Below, piece after piece: positions 1 through 12,599 of a stretch of 54,010 nucleotides of DNA. Below the pieces are notes generated by a model. That model did not search any database, was not told the DNA's origin, and saw only the letters and a program-made list of their open reading frames with translations. The position numbers and the translations under genes are program-made. Location: assembly GCA_031458695.1 (NCBI GenBank), contig JAVKJW010000015.1, forward strand, positions 1 through 54,010, written 5' to 3'. Numbering within the stretch: position 1 is the stretch's first letter; every line of letters starts with the position of its first letter. This stretch comes from Candidatus Thermofontivivens primus (GTDB lineage: Bacteria > Sysuimicrobiota > Sysuimicrobiia > Sysuimicrobiales > Thermofontiviventaceae).

Positions 1-1
1 C

Positions 2-55
2 GTCCCTGCCTCCCTTGAGGGGAAGGTGATCTCTGAGATTTTCACGAGCCCCTAG
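2..55 (+). CDS. 3' end of a gene truncated by the window edge (..VPASLEGKVISEIFTSP*)
   Basis: Open frame to TAG at 53-55. PxxLEGKVI resembles C-termini of alkaline-phosphatase-superfamily proteins, but it is too short to be sure. Confidence 0.3.
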   Translation, partial: VPASLEGKVISEIFTSP

Positions 56-255
56 GAATCGATTCCGGATCTTCCCCAGCCCATCAGGTTCCCCGGCATA
101 AGTCCAGGAACGTAGTGCCGGAGGACGCAAGGGGGAGAACGAACCACTCAAGCCGAGGTCCGCTTTAGCAGAGGGCAATGGAGGGGCAAGGAGCCAGGCG
201 AAGAAGTGATGAAGTTATAGAGAGCGGGCGACATGCTCCAAGAGGAGGGATCACA

Positions 256-1446
256 ATGGAACCTTTGCCGCTAGCTCGCCGCATGGAGGTCCTTGGGACA
301 GAGACGGCGTTCGAGGTCCTGGTAAAGGCGAAGAATCTGGAAGCACAAGGGAAGCATGTGATCCACCTGGAGATCGGAGAACCCGACTTTGATACCCCCG
401 AACACATCAAGGAAGCAGCCATCAAGGCTCTCCGCGAGGGATACACCCATTACACTCCTGCTGCTGGGCTTCCCCAGGCTCGGGAGGCCATTGCTGAGTA
501 CATTTCCAGGACACGCGGGATCCCGGTGGATCCCTCCGAAGTTGTGATCACGCCTGGTGCGAAGCCCATCATGTTCTTCACCATCCTCGCCCTTGTGGAG
601 AGCGGGGATGAAGTGATCTACCCAAACCCTGGTTTCCCCATCTACGAGTCCATGATCCGCTTTGTCGGGGGAACCCCTGTCCCCCTTCTCCTGCGCGAGG
701 AGAACGACTTCCGGGTGGATCCCGAAGAGCTCAGGCGCCTTGTCAGTCCGCGCACCAAGCTCTTGATCTTGAACTCCCCCCACAACCCATGCGGGTCTGT
801 GCTCACGCGCAAGGACGTGGAGGCGATTGCGGAGATCGCCTCTCACCACCGGTTCTTCATTCTCTCCGACGAGATCTATAGCCGGATCATCTACGACGCC
901 GAGCACGTGAGCATTGCTAGCCTTCCTGGAATGAAAGAACGGACCATCATCCTCGACGGCTTCTCCAAGACCTACGCCATGACCGGGTGGCGACTGGGGT
1001 ACGGTGTGATGCGACAGGATCTTGCCGCACGGATCGCCCAGCTCATGGTCAACTCCAACTCCTGTACGGCTGCGTTCACACAGATCGCCGGCATCACCGC
1101 CCTCCGTGGGCCCCAGGATTGCGTAGCAGAGATGGTTGCGGAGTTCCGCCGCCGGCGCGACGTGATCGTGGAGGGTCTGAACAGAATTGCGGGGATCACC
1201 TGTCGTCTGCCTGGCGGGGCTTTCTATGCCTTCCCCAACGTCAAAGCCATCGACTCGGATACCAACCGCTTCAGCGACTATCTCCTGACCGAGGCCGGGG
1301 TGGCGTGCCTGTCGGGGACAGCCTTCGGGGAGTATGGCCGGGGGTATATCCGCCTCTCCTATGCCAACAGCATTGAGAATATTCAGGAGGCCCTCCGCCG
1401 CATCGAGGAAGCAGTCAGGACCTATCGAGCGAGGATCAAAGTGTAG
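256..1446 (+). CDS. PLP-dependent class I/II aminotransferase (aspartate aminotransferase-like)
   Basis: GEPDF, NSPHNPCG, SDEIY and GFSKTYAMTGWRLGY (PLP lysine) motifs. GGAGG RBS precedes ATG 256. Confidence 0.92.
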   Translation: MEPLPLARRMEVLGTETAFEVLVKAKNLEAQGKHVIHLEIGEPDFDTPEHIKEAAIKALREGYTHYTPAAGLPQAREAIAEYISRTRGIPVDPSEVVITPGAKPIMFFTILALVESGDEVIYPNPGFPIYESMIRFVGGTPVPLLLREENDFRVDPEELRRLVSPRTKLLILNSPHNPCGSVLTRKDVEAIAEIASHHRFFILSDEIYSRIIYDAEHVSIASLPGMKERTIILDGFSKTYAMTGWRLGYGVMRQDLAARIAQLMVNSNSCTAAFTQIAGITALRGPQDCVAEMVAEFRRRRDVIVEGLNRIAGITCRLPGGAFYAFPNVKAIDSDTNRFSDYLLTEAGVACLSGTAFGEYGRGYIRLSYANSIENIQEALRRIEEAVRTYRARIKV

Positions 1447-1549
1447 GCATCCAGGGAGTTTTTCTGACCTTCATTGGGAAGAGTTTTCAGTGAGAACATG
1501 GCGTTGATACTCCTTGTGGGGATTGCTTCATGGGAGGCGGTTTGAGAAG

Positions 1550-2524
1550 ATGGCGACGAGGACTGCGCCCATTCGCGTGATCCATTATGGCCTTGGCCCG
1601 ATTGGGCTTGGGATCGCCAGGATCCTCGCCCAGCGCCCTGGGTATGAGATCGTCTCCGCCGTTGACCTCGATCCTGAGAAGGCTGGCAAGGACTTGGGGA
1701 CCCTCCTGGGAGGAAGCCCATGGGGAGTCCCGGTAAGCGAGGACGAAAAGCAGGCTCTCGCCCAGGAGGCCGACGTGGTAGTCCATGCAACGCGCTCTCA
1801 CCTCCCGGAGGTCCTCCCTCAGCTCACCACCATCGTGGCCCGAGGCCTGAACGTGATCTCCACGTGCGAAGAGCTCAGCTATCCCTGGTGGCGCTACCCA
1901 GAGGAGTCCCGGCGTCTTGACCACCTCGCCCGTGAGCACGGGGTCACTGTGGTAGGAGCCGGTGTGAACCCAGGGTTTGCCATGGACGTGCTCCCGATCC
2001 TCCTCACCGCCCCTTGCAAAGAGGTACGGGCGATCCGGGTAGAGCGCGTCGTGGACGTTTCCCTCCGCCGAGAACCCCTCCAGCGCAAGGTTGGCCTCGG
2101 CCTCTCCTCCGAGGAGTTTCACCAAGGGGTCCAAGAGGGGCGCATTGGCCATGTCGGGCTGGAGGAGTCTGTGGCCATGATCGCAGCTGCGCTTGGGTGG
2201 AACCTCCAGCGCATCGACCACTCCATCGAGCCAGTCCTCGAGGACGGGCGGGTCAAGGGCCTCCACCAAGTTGCCCGGGGAGTGCGGGACGGGTCCGTGG
2301 CGATCCTCCTTGACCTGACCATGGTCGCGGGGACTGCTGGCCAGAGAGACGCTGTGTGGATTGAAGGGGATCCGCCCCTTCGTGTGGAAGTCGACGGAGG
2401 GATCCCCGGGGATATCGCCACCTGCGCCATTGTGGCGAACGCGATCCCCGCTGTGCTGGACGCACCTCCTGGGCTCCTCGCCCCATTCCAGATTTTCCCT
2501 GTCTGGAAGCAGAGGGGCATGTGA
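1550..2524 (+). CDS. NAD(P)-dependent amine dehydrogenase / 2,4-diaminopentanoate dehydrogenase-like (DapB-type N-terminus)
   Basis: YGLGPIG Rossmann motif, NVISTCEEL, GVNPGFAMD, GHVGLEES and GGIPGDIAT motifs. GGAGG upstream of ATG 1550. Confidence 0.75.
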   Translation: MATRTAPIRVIHYGLGPIGLGIARILAQRPGYEIVSAVDLDPEKAGKDLGTLLGGSPWGVPVSEDEKQALAQEADVVVHATRSHLPEVLPQLTTIVARGLNVISTCEELSYPWWRYPEESRRLDHLAREHGVTVVGAGVNPGFAMDVLPILLTAPCKEVRAIRVERVVDVSLRREPLQRKVGLGLSSEEFHQGVQEGRIGHVGLEESVAMIAAALGWNLQRIDHSIEPVLEDGRVKGLHQVARGVRDGSVAILLDLTMVAGTAGQRDAVWIEGDPPLRVEVDGGIPGDIATCAIVANAIPAVLDAPPGLLAPFQIFPVWKQRGM

Positions 2525-2572
2525 AAGCACCGATGGCATGGGAAACATCCCCGCCAGGAAGGCGAACGCACC

Positions 2573-3289
2573 TCACTCAAGGAGGCTCCTGGCCAGGACC
2601 AGTACTGTTACCTTCTTGGCTCCTGCTGATTTGAGGGCCGACGCGCACGCCTCCACCGTCGCGCCGGTGGTGAGGACATCGTCCACAAGGAGGATGGAGC
2701 TCCCTTCGACCATTTCGGGATCAGAGGCGAATGCCCCCTGCACGTTGACCAGGCGCGCCTCCCGCACGAGGCCCGTCTGGGCGGGGGTTGCCCGGGTTCT
2801 CCACAAGACGCTTGAGAGGAGAGGAATCCCCAGACAGGCGGCAACGACCTCCGCCAGCAGGTGTGCCTGGTTGAACCCTCGCTCACGGAGCCTGCGCGGG
2901 TGTAGAGGAACCGGGACGACCGCCTGGGCGTCGAAGACAGAAGGCCACATCGTGCTTACCCCAGCCATCAGGTTTCCCAGTGGGCGCGCGAGGACTTTCT
3001 TACGTCGGAACTTCAGCGCATGGATCGCTTCCCGGAGCGACCCGTCGTACATTCCGTAGGCCCTGATGAGGTCTACGGCGCTCTTGCTCTTCCGGCAAGG
3101 GATACAGGTGAACACGAGGCTGGAAGGCCCTCGAAGGGGCTTCCCACAACGCTGACAGACGGGCGGGTGGATGGTAGGAAAGCCAACAAGACACGTTGGA
3201 CAAAGAGGAAAGTCCCCGAAATCTCCACATACCTGACATCGTGGGGGAAAGAGAAGGTTAAGAAGGCCCTCCAGGAAGCCTCCCTTCAT
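2573..3289 (-). CDS. comF: ComF family protein (double zinc ribbon + phosphoribosyltransferase-like)
   Basis: Four CxxC pairs, VPVPLH..RGFNQA and LLVDDVLTTGAT motifs. Confidence 0.9.
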   Translation of the reverse strand: MKGGFLEGLLNLLFPPRCQVCGDFGDFPLCPTCLVGFPTIHPPVCQRCGKPLRGPSSLVFTCIPCRKSKSAVDLIRAYGMYDGSLREAIHALKFRRKKVLARPLGNLMAGVSTMWPSVFDAQAVVPVPLHPRRLRERGFNQAHLLAEVVAACLGIPLLSSVLWRTRATPAQTGLVREARLVNVQGAFASDPEMVEGSSILLVDDVLTTGATVEACASALKSAGAKKVTVLVLARSLLE

Positions 3290-3311
3290 TGCGAAGTGTG
3301 CGTACCATCCT

Positions 3312-5811
<2,500 letters not shown>

Positions 5812-5847
5812 CTCCCTCACCCCTTCTCCAGCCTCCCGTGAATCCCT

Positions 5848-7671
5848 TCACCGGGATTGTATAGGGAGCCCGGAAGGGGATCCCCCTTCAATTGTCTTCA
5901 GCTCATCTAACAAACGTTTCTGCTCCGCCAGGAATTTCCCTACCTGCTCCTGGTCCCCCCGGACCTCAGCCTCCCGGATCAATGCCGGAAGGGCATCCAG
6001 CTTCGCCCTCACGCTCTCTGCCTTGATCCGGCGGATGCACCCTTCCTCCGTCTTTCTTGGGTTGAGGATGGGTGTCGCGTCGAAGGCGATCCGGGCAAGG
6101 ACCTCCTCCGCTCCCTCCTGCTGGAGGTGGTCCCGGACCGAAAGGAACAGGTCCCTCCCCTCCATCGGGACCGCGCCGGACAGGAGGAGCGTTGCAATCT
6201 CCCTGTGGCGCGGATCCAGGAAATCCTCCGGCCCGAGGGCCTGGCGCACCCGGTCAACCACGTCCCTGTCCTGCAGCATCAGGCGGAGCAAGAGACGTTC
6301 GGCCTCAAGGCGTACCCCTTCCCGGGAGATCATCACCGGCGTTGCCGCAGGTTCCTCCTGGTCCGGCTTCCGGATCTGCCTGCGGCGCATCTGGCGCAAG
6401 CGCTGGCGCAGCGGATCCTCACGGAGGCCGAGGCGATCCGCCAAGAGATGGAGGTACTCTTCCTGGCGGATCGGGTTGACCACGCTATTGAGAACAGGGA
6501 TTAATTCGTCAACCACCGCCGCCTTTCCTTCTACGGTGGAGAGATCGTGGCGAGAGGTGGCCTGCTGGAGGGCAAACTCGAACATGGACAAGGCGCCAGA
6601 GAGGAGGCGGCGGAACGCCTCCACGCCGTGCTCCCGGAGGAACCTGTCGGGGTCCTGTTCACCCGGCAGGACGACGATGCGGACATCGACCTCCCCTTCT
6701 TCGAATAGGCCAAGGGCCCGCTCGACCGCTGCTCTTCCCGCACTATCAGAGTCGTAGACCAAGATCGCCTTTGAGGCGAAGCGTTTCAGCAGGAGGACCT
6801 GATCGAAGGTGAGGCTTGTCCCGAGCGTTGCCACGGCGTTGCTCACCCCGAACTGGTGACAGGTAAGGGCATCCATGTACCCTTCCACTAGGACCACTTC
6901 TTGGGATGCACGGATGGACTCCCTGGCCCAGTTCAGGGCGTAAAGGGTCTTGCCCTTGGAGAAGATCGGCGTTTCCTTGGAGTTCAGATATTTGGGCAAG
7001 GTCTCGTCGAGGGCCCGCCCTCCAATGGCGACGGGTCGGTCCTGGAGGTCCAAGATGGGGAAGAGAAGGCGGTGGCGGAACATGTCGTAATGAGTCCCGT
7101 CCCCCCGGGAGAGGGCGAGGCCTGCCGACTCTAAGAGGGAGGGGGGGAACCCTTTCCTCCGCAGGGTGCCGAGGAGGGAGTCCCCTCCTCCAGGCGCATA
7201 GCCCAGGCGAAACCGCCTGGCGATCCCTTCAGGAACTCCCCGCTGGGCAAGGTAGGATCGGGCTGCCGCCCCAAGCCCTGGATCACGAAGGCATTCCTCG
7301 TAGAAGGCCACCGCCGCCTCCAGGATCTGGAACAACTGCTCTCGCTCCGAAGCCCTGCGGAAGGCCTCCGGGCTTCGCTCGATCCGTACCCCCGCGCGAT
7401 GAGCCAGCTCCTCAAGAGCCTCTGGAAAGGTGAGGTTGCGCAAACGCATGACGAGGTCGAACAGGTCGCCGCCCGCCCCACAGCCAAAACAGTGGAAGAG
7501 ACCCCGGTCCCTGTCCACAAAGAAGGAAGGAGTTTTTTCCTGGTGGAAGGGGCAAAGCCCCTTGTAGTAGCGACCGGCCTTCTTCAGCGTGACGTAGGCT
7601 GAGGCCAACTCTACGATGTCCAGGCGCCGTCGGATCTCTTCTTTGACCTCACTCGGAACGATGCCCCGCAT
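5848..7671 (-). CDS. dnaG: DNA primase
   Basis: CPFH..CFGC zinc finger, KYLNS, EGYMD and YDSD TOPRIM motifs. dnaG-rpoD synteny. Confidence 0.97.
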   Translation of the reverse strand: MRGIVPSEVKEEIRRRLDIVELASAYVTLKKAGRYYKGLCPFHQEKTPSFFVDRDRGLFHCFGCGAGGDLFDLVMRLRNLTFPEALEELAHRAGVRIERSPEAFRRASEREQLFQILEAAVAFYEECLRDPGLGAAARSYLAQRGVPEGIARRFRLGYAPGGGDSLLGTLRRKGFPPSLLESAGLALSRGDGTHYDMFRHRLLFPILDLQDRPVAIGGRALDETLPKYLNSKETPIFSKGKTLYALNWARESIRASQEVVLVEGYMDALTCHQFGVSNAVATLGTSLTFDQVLLLKRFASKAILVYDSDSAGRAAVERALGLFEEGEVDVRIVVLPGEQDPDRFLREHGVEAFRRLLSGALSMFEFALQQATSRHDLSTVEGKAAVVDELIPVLNSVVNPIRQEEYLHLLADRLGLREDPLRQRLRQMRRRQIRKPDQEEPAATPVMISREGVRLEAERLLLRLMLQDRDVVDRVRQALGPEDFLDPRHREIATLLLSGAVPMEGRDLFLSVRDHLQQEGAEEVLARIAFDATPILNPRKTEEGCIRRIKAESVRAKLDALPALIREAEVRGDQEQVGKFLAEQKRLLDELKTIEGGSPSGLPIQSR

Positions 7672-7725
7672 ATGCCTTTACGTACCCCCAGGAAGAAGCC
7701 CCTTGACGTTTGTCGCAGGCCCTCC

Positions 7726-9822
7726 TTAACCCTTTCCTCCTTCCACCTCCGCCTTCTGCCGCCGGGCCTCGGCGATCACCTTTTCTGCAACATGGGGCGG
7801 GACCTCTTCATAGTGAGAAAAGGCCATCTCAAAGGATCCCCTACCACCTGTGAGGGACCGGAGGTCGCTGGAATAGCGCAACACCTCGGCCTGGGGGACC
7901 AGGGCCTTCACCACCGTAGTCCCGTCCCCCTGGGGTTCCATCCCCAGGATCCGACCGCGACGTGCATTGAGATCGCCGATCACATCCCCTGTGAGATCGT
8001 CGGGGACACGGACCTCCATGCTCATAATGGGTTCGAGGAGGACGAGCCCGGCCTGCTGGACGGCCTCCTTGAGGGCAAGGGAGCCAGCGATCTGGAAGGC
8101 GATGTCCGAGGAGTCCACGGGGTGGTGCTTCCCGTCGTAGAGGATCACGCGCAGATCCACGATGGGGTAGCCAGCCAGCACACCCTCCTCCATGGCCTTC
8201 CGGACACCCTTCTCCACCGAGGGGATGAACTGGTTGGGGATGGCTGCCCCAAAGATCTTGTCCACGAACTCGAACCCTGCGCCCCTTGGAAGGGGCTCCA
8301 CCTCGATGAAGCAAACCCCGTACTGCCCACGACCTCCCGTCTGCCGGACGTAGCGTCCCTGGGCCTTCGCGGTTCCCTTAATCGTCTCCCTATAAGGCAC
8401 CCGGGGCAGGGAGAGACTCACATCCACGCCGAACTTCCGCTTCAACCGCTCGACCACAACCTCAAGATGGACCTCCCCCATCCCCGAGAGGATAGTCTGC
8501 TTCATCTCCACATCGCGATGGACGTGGAGGGTAGGGTCCTCCTCGGCCAAGCGGTGAAGGGCGGTACCCATCTTGTCCTCGTCTGCCTTGCTCTTAGGCT
8601 CCACAGCCATGCTCAAAAGGGGCCGGGGGAATTCAATAGATGGAAGAAGAAGGGGATCCTCTTTGGAGGTCAGCGTATCTCCGGTCCCCGTCTCGGCGAG
8701 CTTGGCCACGACCCCGATATCCCCTGCGACGACCTGGTTGGTCGGTTCCTGGTGCTTCCCTCGCAGGAAGAACAAAGTGCCCACACGCTCCATCTTTCCC
8801 TTAGAGGCATTGAAGACCTGAGAATCCGCGTGCAAGACTCCGGTGTACACCCGGAAATAGGAGAGTTTACCGACATAGGGGTCCGCCATGGTCTTGAACA
8901 CGAGCGCTGTCAGCGGACCATCCTCCCCTGGGGAGAGGAGAACTTCCTTCCCTCCATCAGGCCGCACGGCCGCAACCTTCCCCGCCTCCACCGGGCTCGG
9001 AAGCAAGGTGACGATGGCATCGAGGAGAGGCCCAGAACCGATGGTCCGGAGGGCTGAGCTGGCGACGACGGGTACGGCCTTTCCAGAGAGGACCGCTGCA
9101 CGGAGCCCGCGCATCACCTCTTCCGGGGAGAGCTCACCACTTTCCAGATATTTCTCCACCAAGGCATCGTCGGTCTCGGCGGCGACTTCCACGAGCTTCT
9201 CCCGCCAAGCCCTCGCCTGGTCGAGTAAGTCCGGGGGAATAGGGACGGTGGCCTTCTTGTCTCCCTCCAGGACGATCGCTTGCATAGAGAGGAGATCGAC
9301 GATACCGGAAAATGTGCTTGCCGCTCCAATCGGGAGGTGGATAGGCAGGAAGGTCGCGGAGAACCGGCTCTGCAAGCTCTCCACAGCCTTCGTAAAGCTA
9401 CTGTTCTCTCGGTCGAGCCGGTTCACCACCGCAATGCAGCGAACCCCCTGGCGGGTCAGAAGCGTCCATCCTCGCTCCGTCTGGACCTCCACCCCGGACA
9501 CACCGTCTACCACCAAGAGGGCACCCTCCACCACCCGGAGGGCGCTCGCCACCTCCCCGATGAAGTCTGGATATCCTGGGACATCGAGGAGATTGATCTT
9601 GTAGCCCCGCCACTCGAGAGGAGCAAGGGCAAGGTTGATGCTGTGCTTGCGCCGGATCTCCTCAGGATCGTAATCGGTGGTAGCGTTCCCGTCGTCCACC
9701 CTGCCAAGGCGGTCGATAGCCCCTGCCTCGAACAGGAGCGATTCCACCAGGGTCGTTTTTCCTGTCCCACCGTGACCAATGACTGCGACGTTTCGGATAC
9801 GATCCGGCCCAACCCGTTCCAC
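7726..9822 (-). CDS. fusA: elongation factor G paralogue (EF-G2 type)
   Basis: GHGGTGKTT, DVPG, NRLD, GMGEVHLE, GGRGQY and HPVDSS motifs. G2 is RKHS rather than RGIT, and the gene lies outside the str operon. Confidence 0.9.
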   Translation of the reverse strand: MERVGPDRIRNVAVIGHGGTGKTTLVESLLFEAGAIDRLGRVDDGNATTDYDPEEIRRKHSINLALAPLEWRGYKINLLDVPGYPDFIGEVASALRVVEGALLVVDGVSGVEVQTERGWTLLTRQGVRCIAVVNRLDRENSSFTKAVESLQSRFSATFLPIHLPIGAASTFSGIVDLLSMQAIVLEGDKKATVPIPPDLLDQARAWREKLVEVAAETDDALVEKYLESGELSPEEVMRGLRAAVLSGKAVPVVASSALRTIGSGPLLDAIVTLLPSPVEAGKVAAVRPDGGKEVLLSPGEDGPLTALVFKTMADPYVGKLSYFRVYTGVLHADSQVFNASKGKMERVGTLFFLRGKHQEPTNQVVAGDIGVVAKLAETGTGDTLTSKEDPLLLPSIEFPRPLLSMAVEPKSKADEDKMGTALHRLAEEDPTLHVHRDVEMKQTILSGMGEVHLEVVVERLKRKFGVDVSLSLPRVPYRETIKGTAKAQGRYVRQTGGRGQYGVCFIEVEPLPRGAGFEFVDKIFGAAIPNQFIPSVEKGVRKAMEEGVLAGYPIVDLRVILYDGKHHPVDSSDIAFQIAGSLALKEAVQQAGLVLLEPIMSMEVRVPDDLTGDVIGDLNARRGRILGMEPQGDGTTVVKALVPQAEVLRYSSDLRSLTGGRGSFEMAFSHYEEVPPHVAEKVIAEARRQKAEVEGGKG

Positions 9823-9944
9823 ACTCTCACCCCTTTACCTCGAAACCCGTTTCAACGGCAAGGTTCCACGCGGGCAGGTTTTAGGCTTCCCGTCATCCCT
9901 GGGACCTGCATCGTGCAACCTGTCAACATCATCCATCACTCTCA

Positions 9945-10006
9945 CAAAATCTCTTGTCGAGATTTTGCTGAGTACCCCGGCAAACGTCAAAGACTTTTGC
10001 CGGGGT
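9945..10006. repeat. Two adjacent palindromes of a dispersed REP-like family, overlapping a possible fusA2 promoter
   Basis: CAAAATCTC-N5-GAGATTTTG (9945-9967) and ACCCCGGCAAACGTC-aaa-GACTTTTGCCGGGGT (9974-10006). Minus-strand TTGACG(9990-9985)-17-CAAAAT(9967-9962). Confidence 0.65.
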
Positions 10007-10008
10007 CC

Positions 10009-10953
10009 TCAGTATCCCCTCTTCTTGTCTACGACGTTGAGGAGCGGCTCCCCTCGCAGGTACCGTCCCAGATTTTCACAGAACAATGGGATCGCCCGGT
10101 CCATATACCGCGGAGAGGTCCCTGCGACATGGGGAGTCAGGATGACGTTCTCCAGGTCGTACAAAGGGCTATCCGCTGGGAGCGGTTCCTGTTCAAAAAC
10201 GTCCAGGGCGGCCCCAGCGATCCACCCTTCCCGGAGAGCCCGGATGAGTGCCCTTTCCTGCACAATTGGACCCCTCCCCACATTGATGAGGAAGGCAGTG
10301 GGCTTCATGAGGCGCAACTCCCTTTCCCCGATTAGGCCCCGTGTCTGTGGGGTCAGGGGAAGCGCAATCACGACCACGTCCGATTCCATGAGCACTTCGT
10401 CGAGGCCTTCGGGTGGAAGGACGCGCTCTACAAAGGGCACTGGAGAAGGCGTCCGTTTGGTGCCAATGACACGCATCTCAAACGCGACGGCCCTCTTGGC
10501 GAGCTCCACCCCGATGTGGCCGAGGCCAAGGATCCCCAGGGTTCCTCCTCCAAGCTCTCCACCGACGCTCCCCCGTCGGTCCCAGCGCCGGTGGATCTGC
10601 TGACGGATGGCGTAGTGGAGGCGTCTGCTCAATGCCAGCATCATGGCGAAAACATGCTCACACAACGGGATGGCGTGGATGCCGCTGCTTGTAGTGACCA
10701 GGATCTCCCGCTCCAGGACCTCGGGAAAGAGGAGTTGGTCAACTCCCGCGGCGGTGGAGTGGATCCACTTCAAGTTCGGTGCCTGGACGATGGCCTCTCG
10801 GGGGAGATTCCAGCCAACCATGATCTCCGCTTCTGGGGCCAGCGAAACAGCCTTATTCCGGTCGGTGGTCACCATCAATTCGGCCTCTGGAGCGATTGCC
10901 TTGATCTGAGCGATATGCCGGTCTTCCAGGTTGGCCAGGATCAGGATCTTCAC
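10009..10953 (-). CDS. D-2-hydroxyacid dehydrogenase family protein
   Basis: GLGHIG, INVGRG, ALDVFEQEPL and TPHVAG motifs. GTG start overlaps the lysS stop (GTGA). Confidence 0.92.
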   Translation of the reverse strand: MKILILANLEDRHIAQIKAIAPEAELMVTTDRNKAVSLAPEAEIMVGWNLPREAIVQAPNLKWIHSTAAGVDQLLFPEVLEREILVTTSSGIHAIPLCEHVFAMMLALSRRLHYAIRQQIHRRWDRRGSVGGELGGGTLGILGLGHIGVELAKRAVAFEMRVIGTKRTPSPVPFVERVLPPEGLDEVLMESDVVVIALPLTPQTRGLIGERELRLMKPTAFLINVGRGPIVQERALIRALREGWIAGAALDVFEQEPLPADSPLYDLENVILTPHVAGTSPRYMDRAIPLFCENLGRYLRGEPLLNVVDKKRGY

Positions 10954-12551
10954 CGCAGACCTCCCCCCAATCGATCGTGCAGGAGAGCGGAAGCTTCCCG
11001 GAACCTCTGAATCACGAACGCACGGTCCAACGCAGCCAGGAACCACCCCGCTTGCGGGCCAGAGTCCTTCCCGAGAAGGACGAGGTAGATCGCCGCGAAG
11101 GCTTCCCGGGCAGCGAGGCCCATCTCCTCCTTGAGCGCGTGGATCCTCCCATGGAGCTCCTCCCCGGGCCACTCCCTCTCTTCCAAGATCTGTGCCAGCC
11201 TCTTGAGGAATTCCCGTTGCTCTGGGGAGAGCTGGGAAGCTGCCGGGGGAAGAACCTCCTGCACCGTGAAGCGATAGTGGTCGGGAGCGTAGGTCTCAAG
11301 CCATTTGCGGGCGTCCCTCACCCGTTGCGCAAGTTCCTCCCTATCCTCAGAGGTGAGCGGGCTCCCTTTTTCTTTCGTTGCCTCCACCACAAGGTCCACG
11401 TTGGGCATCTGGAGGAGGAAGGCCACCTTACTGAAGCGCATCCGGAAACACCGGGGTTGCTCCCCCTCAATGCGCGCGTAGAAGAAGGTCCTGGCGAGGT
11501 CTGGATCTTCGATCTCCCCGAAGTAGGCAGCGGCTGCACGGTCATATTCGTCGTAGAGCCTGGGGATGGTTTCCCCATCCGGTTCAAACTCGATGGGCCT
11601 CCGTGGATGGTTCCTGACCATGAGGAAGCGCACGAGCTCTGGGCGGAGGACCTGCATGATCTCCCTCGCGAACACCCCGACTGCCCGTGAGCTGCTCATC
11701 TTCCGTCCTCCCCCTGTAAGCACGAACTCGTAGGGGATCGGGTAGGGCACAGGGTAGTGGAAGATGCGCGTGCTGATGGCCGCCGCTACATCATGGGAGC
11801 CGCCCCGGGTAAAGTGGTCCTTGCCCGCCCCCTCCACAGTGACCCCCAAGATCTGCCACTTAGCCGCCCACTCGATCCGGTACGGAAGCTTGGCGTTCCC
11901 GTTGAATGGGGACCTCACCCCCCGGTACCCACACCCCTGCGCCCAGGTCACAAGGTCGGGTCGGCACTCGTACTCAACTTCCCGACCATCCCATCCTATC
12001 ACGGCGGTCGTTCCAATCTTCCCACACCGCTCGCAGATCACATGAAGAGGATAGCGCCCCTCCAGGCGGCGGCTCCCGCGAACCTCCCGCTCGATCTCGC
12101 GGATCTCCTCAGCCCGGTCCAGGACGAGACGGATCGCCTCGTTGAACCGGCCCTGGAGGTAGAGGTCGCTCGTCCAGTACACCTTCGGGTGGCAACCCGT
12201 CGCAGTGAAGATCTCGATGAACTCCTCCCCGAAATAGCGTGCGTAGCTCTCTGCCCTTGGGTCAGGGGAGGGGATATGGCAGAGCGGCATGCCCATGTAC
12301 TTCTGGAACTCCTCCCCAAGATAAGTGGGAAGGTCGTCCATGGGGTCGAGGTCGTCAAACCCATAGAGATACTCCACTGCAGCTCCAGCCGCTGTGAGCC
12401 CTCGATAGATGCAGTCATGGAGGATCACACCCCGCAGGGAGCCCACGTGGATATATCCGGAGGGAGTCTTGGCATCGTTGATCACGTGCCGTGCCCGCGC
12501 TCCCTCGGGAGACCCCGCAAGGATCTCCTCCACAATTCGGTCCACCCACAT
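10950..12551 (-). CDS. lysS: class I lysyl-tRNA synthetase
   Basis: TPSGYIHVGSLRG (HIGH-like), CxxC..C, GKDH and KMSSS motifs, plus C-terminal GPQAGWF. All are class I LysRS signatures. Confidence 0.93.
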   Translation of the reverse strand: MWVDRIVEEILAGSPEGARARHVINDAKTPSGYIHVGSLRGVILHDCIYRGLTAAGAAVEYLYGFDDLDPMDDLPTYLGEEFQKYMGMPLCHIPSPDPRAESYARYFGEEFIEIFTATGCHPKVYWTSDLYLQGRFNEAIRLVLDRAEEIREIEREVRGSRRLEGRYPLHVICERCGKIGTTAVIGWDGREVEYECRPDLVTWAQGCGYRGVRSPFNGNAKLPYRIEWAAKWQILGVTVEGAGKDHFTRGGSHDVAAAISTRIFHYPVPYPIPYEFVLTGGGRKMSSSRAVGVFAREIMQVLRPELVRFLMVRNHPRRPIEFEPDGETIPRLYDEYDRAAAAYFGEIEDPDLARTFFYARIEGEQPRCFRMRFSKVAFLLQMPNVDLVVEATKEKGSPLTSEDREELAQRVRDARKWLETYAPDHYRFTVQEVLPPAASQLSPEQREFLKRLAQILEEREWPGEELHGRIHALKEEMGLAAREAFAAIYLVLLGKDSGPQAGWFLAALDRAFVIQRFREASALLHDRLGGGLR

Positions 12552-12599
12552 CCTGGAAAACTCACACTCCTCTCGAGGACAGGCCTAAGAGCCTGTCCT

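Noticed and set aside
7672..9057. Long antisense ORFs (also 3492-4529, 17738-19114, 29602-31065, 32929-34182, 43481-44626 and others)
   Set aside because: They mirror well-supported genes on the opposite strand, show no family motifs, and are expected with high-GC codon usage.
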